A stretch of DNA of 64,000 nt from Stegostoma tigrinum (lineage: Eukaryota). The notes below the pieces were generated by a model that worked only from the letters and a program-made list of their open reading frames with translations, was not told where the DNA came from and searched no databases. The first letter of the stretch is position 1. Each line of letters opens with the position of its first letter. The stretch covers positions 17,032,658-17,096,657 of the forward strand of contig NC_081394.1 of the NCBI RefSeq assembly GCF_030684315.1, in the 5' to 3' direction. This document shows positions 61,195 through 64,000 of this stretch, piece after piece. Made by a program: the position numbers and the translations under genes.

Positions 61195-64000
61195 TCCAGG
61201 GTAGCTGTGATGGGTGACTTCAAATTTCCTCTTATTGATGGGAATCTATCAGAGCCAGGAGCTTGGATGGAGAACAATTTGTTAGTTGTGTCCAGGAGGG
61301 CTTTTTGAAGTGGTATGTTGACAATTCAACTGGAGAGGAAGCCATTTTAGACTTGGTACCAGGGAATGAGCCAGGACCGGTGATTCATATTTCAGCAGGT
61401 GACCATTTAGGCCTAAATGACCATAACTCCATAAGATTTAGAGGAGTCATGGAAGAGGACACTAGTAGCCCTCGGGCGAGGGTGCTTAATTTGGCAAGAG
61501 CCAACTACATCCAAATCAGACACGAACAGGAGAATGCGGATTGGAAGCTGTGATTTGAGGGCAAATCTATCTCTGGCACGTAGATAGGAGGCTTTTCAAG
61601 ACCAATTGACTAAACTGCAAGACATGTATTTCCCTGCAAAACTAAATGATAAGAATAGCAGGATTCAGGAACCATGGATGACAAGGGAAATTGAAATGTT
61701 AGTTAAAATAAGTGAGGTGTACGACAAGTCTAGGCATCTACAAACTGACAAAGCCATGGATGAATACAAAAGAAATAGGAAGGAAATTAAATATGCAGTT
61801 CGGAAGACAAAAAAGGGGTCATAAAGTATCTTTAGCAAACAGGGTCAAGGAGAATCTCAAGACTTTTTATGCATATATTGGGAGAAAGAGGGAACAAGGA
61901 AAAGAGTAGGCTGACTCAAGGACAAAGAAGGGAAGTTCTAAGCTGAGCCGCAGGAAGTGGAGGACATGCTAAATGAGCACTTTGTACAGGTTTTCACACC
62001 AAAAAGAATGACGTGACTAATGTGCAGATCAGGGATGAGTGGGTGAATACTCCAGAGAATATCAACATATTGAAAAATGAAGTTTTGGGAATCCTAAATG
62101 ACATTATGATAGACAAGTCCCCAGGGTAAGATGGGATCTATCCCATGTTACTCAGAGGGAAGGGGAGGTAATAGTTTGGGAATTGGCAGATGTCTTCTTT
62201 TCCTCATTGACCACAGGTGTAGTTCCGGAGGACTGGAGGTTTGCAAATGTTGTTCCCTTATTTAAGAAAGGATGTAAGGATAATCAAGGAAAGTATAGGC
62301 TGCTGAGCTTGACATTTGTGGTGGAGAAACTCTTGGAGAAGATACTGAGGGACAATATCTATGTGCATTTGGAGGAAAATGAACTAGTTAGTGACAGGCA
62401 GCATAGTTTTGTCCCAGGAAGGTCATGTCTCACCAACCTGATTTAATTTTTTGAAGAGGTAATGAGGATAATTGATGGGAAAAGGGCTGTGGATATAGTT
62501 TATATTGAATTTAGCAAAGCATTTGATAAGGTCCTGCATGGCAGGTTGGTTCAAAAACTAAATTCACAAGGAATTTTGGATGGCCTGGCCAATGGAAGTG
62601 CTTGGTCACAGAAGATAGAGCGTACTGGTGGAATGAGTTTTTTTTTCAGAATGGAGACGAGTAACTAGTAGTGTTCCACAGGGGTCAGTCTTAGCTTCTT
62701 CGTTGTTTGTAGTATATATAAATGATCTGGAGGAAAATACGGGTGGTCTGACAAGCAAGTTTGCTGGTGACATGAAGATTGGTGGATTGGTGATAGTGCC
62801 AATGATTGTGAAAGTATACAAGAGGATATAGTTAGATTGGCAAATTGGGCACAGAAATGGCAGATGGAGTTTAATCCAGAAAAATGCGAGGTGATGCATT
62901 TTGGAGGATCTAGTTTAGGAGTGAATTATATTATAAATGGCAGAACCCTGAGGAACAGTAATGTTCAGACAGATCTGGGCATGCAGGTCTTCAGTTCCCT
63001 AAAAGTGGTCACCTATGTAGTCAAGATAATTCAGAAGGCATATGGTTAGGGTGGCATGGTGGCTCAGTGGTTAGCACTGCTGCCTCACAGGACCAGGGTC
63101 CTCGGTTCGATTCCACCATTGGGTAACTGTCTATGTAGAGTTTGCACATTCTCCCCGTGTCTGCATCTGGGTTTCCCCCGGGTGCTCTGGTTTCCTCCCA
63201 GTCCAGAGATGTGCTGCGTAGGTGGATTGACCGAGCTATATTGCCTAGGGATGTTTAGGTTAGGTGGGTTACAAATGGGAAATTAGGGGAATGGGTCTGG
63301 GTGGGATGCTCTTTGGAGGGACAGTGTAGACTTGTTGGGCCGAATAGTCAGTTTTCACACTGTAAGGATCCTGTGATTACATGGTATACTTGCCTTCATT
63401 GCCCATGATGTGGAGTACAAGATTTGGCAAACCATGTTGCTACAATATGAAACACTTGTTAGGACACAATTGGAGTGTAGTGTGCAGTTTTTGGAAATCA
63501 CACTATCAGAAGGATGTGGAAGCTTTGGAGAGAGCAGAGACAATGCTCACCAGGATGTTGCCTGGTCTCTCGGCCATTAGCTGGGAGGAAAGGTTAAAAG
63601 GACGAGCATATCTTTTACTGGAAAGACGTGGCTGAGAAAAGACCTGATAGAGGTCTACAAAATTATGAGAGGCATAGAAAGAGTGGATAGTCAGAAGCTA
63701 TTTTTCCCAGTGTTGAAGTTTCAATTACAAAGGGGCACAGGTTCAGGTGAGAGGGGCAACATTCAAGTGAGATGTGCAAGGGACGTTTTTCATGCAGGGT
63801 GTGTCAGCAGCCTGTAAATGCACTGCCAGAAGAGGTGGTGGAAGCGGGCACTTTGAAGACATTGGAGAAAAACCTAGATGCAGACATGAATTGGGAGGAA
63901 TAGAGGTATATAATTTTTAAAAATGGCAGTTTTGTTTTTAGATTAATTAGGTCATAATGGTCAGCACAGGCTCGGAGAGCTGAAGGGCCTCTTCCTGTTG
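61195..64000 (+). mobile_element. Decayed CR1 LINE ORF2 (APE end to 3' tail)
   Basis: VMGDFKFP, ILDLVPGNEPG, DHNSI, VPEDWRFANVVPLFKKG, EFSKAFDKV, WAQKWQMEFN; tail GAGCTGAAGGGCCTCTTCCTG. Confidence 0.88.
63048..63378 (+). mobile_element. tRNA-derived SINE (HE1/V-SINE-like) nested in CR1
   Basis: GGCATGGTGGCTCAGTGGTTAGCACTGCTGCCTCACAG...GGTTCGATTCC; flanks ATATGGT/ACATGGT. Confidence 0.9.

Noticed and set aside
63048-63125. tRNA-like A/B boxes (also at 44615 and 100-185)
   Set aside because: SINE heads followed by SINE core and LINE-like tail; not full cloverleaf tRNA genes

Overview
Eukaryotic, repeat-dense genomic DNA, most likely from a cartilaginous fish (inferred from HE1/V-SINE-type SINEs, dominant CR1 LINEs and the histone and zinc-finger sequence style). 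The non-repeat scaffold is a decaying replication-dependent histone cluster containing all five families. H2B (39177-39554, -) and H1 (56370-56987, +) have open reading frames. H4 (two copies), H3 and H2A are pseudogenes. All six carry a recognisable 3' stem-loop, intact or damaged. There is also a disrupted C2H2 zinc-finger gene and several CpG-rich promoter-like patches. Most of the rest is CR1 LINEs (one near full-length, several nested), one L1/Tx1-like 3' fragment, three tRNA-derived SINEs and many Penelope-like element (PLE, GIY-YIG, Neptune-type) pieces. The most notable signal is about 15 copies of a minimal hammerhead-ribozyme motif (CTGAnGA-stem-GAAACGTC) in PLE tails. These often occur as ~100-bp solo inserts or tail-out inverted dyads flanked by 9-14 bp target-site duplications (TSDs). 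All calls are by eye; no searches were run and repeat boundaries are approximate.
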